DNA of 64,000 nt from Octopus bimaculoides (Eukaryota), in assembly GCF_001194135.2 (NCBI RefSeq), contig NC_068996.1:28880429-28944428 (forward strand), read 5' to 3'. Of this stretch, positions 63,906 through 64,000 are shown one piece after another. Positions within the stretch are counted from its first letter, which is position 1, and each line of letters opens with the position of its first letter. Both the position numbers and the translations under genes were made by a program. Under the pieces are notes generated by a model, which saw only the letters and a list, made by a program, of their open reading frames with translations, was not told where the DNA came from and did no database searches.

Positions 63906-64000
63906 TATATACATATATATGGGCAAGTTAGGTTAACATCAAAGAAGAAAAAGATTGTGGAAATTCTGAGATGAGCTGATACTTGCTGATACTGGAAAGA

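Noticed and set aside
1-64000. A prokaryote-style novel system (defence island, operon, retron, CRISPR)
   Set aside because: The window is a spliced animal gene with TE-filled introns; all RT, integrase and transposase remnants are explained by known eukaryotic TE classes.

Overview
Eukaryotic, AT-rich draft-assembly DNA, dense in microsatellites and with 7 N-gaps. The repeat families (tRNA-headed SINEs, RTE-tailed elements ending in (GAT)n, abundant (TA)n/(CA)n) resemble coleoid cephalopod, probably Octopus, repeats; this is inference from memory, not a database result. The window holds one protein-coding gene on the minus strand: the SH3RF/POSH E3 ubiquitin ligase (N-terminal C3HC4 RING plus four SH3 domains). 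I reconstructed 11 coding exons by hand from ATG 58978 to TAA 8616, about 815 codons. All junctions are GT-AG and phase-consistent except one, which is off by 1 nt (27970 to 24986). The introns are filled with decayed transposons: RTE LINEs, R4/Dong-like and HERO-like RLE retroposons, a Gypsy (Mag/K02A2.6-like) LTR element nested in a LINE, two mariners, hAT and piggyBac MITEs, and many SINEs. There is no prokaryotic, CRISPR or operon-type system. The best leads are (1) a canonical PHD finger embedded inside the reverse transcriptase ORF of the local RTE LINE family, seen in 3 copies, (2) a ~1 kb triple inverted repeat in intron 2 able to form mutually exclusive long duplexes, (3) the splice-phase conflict before SH3 domain 3, (4) RTE-tailed retroposons with tandem-repeat heads, and (5) two exact ~130 bp displaced duplications and a perfect palindrome that may be assembly artefacts.
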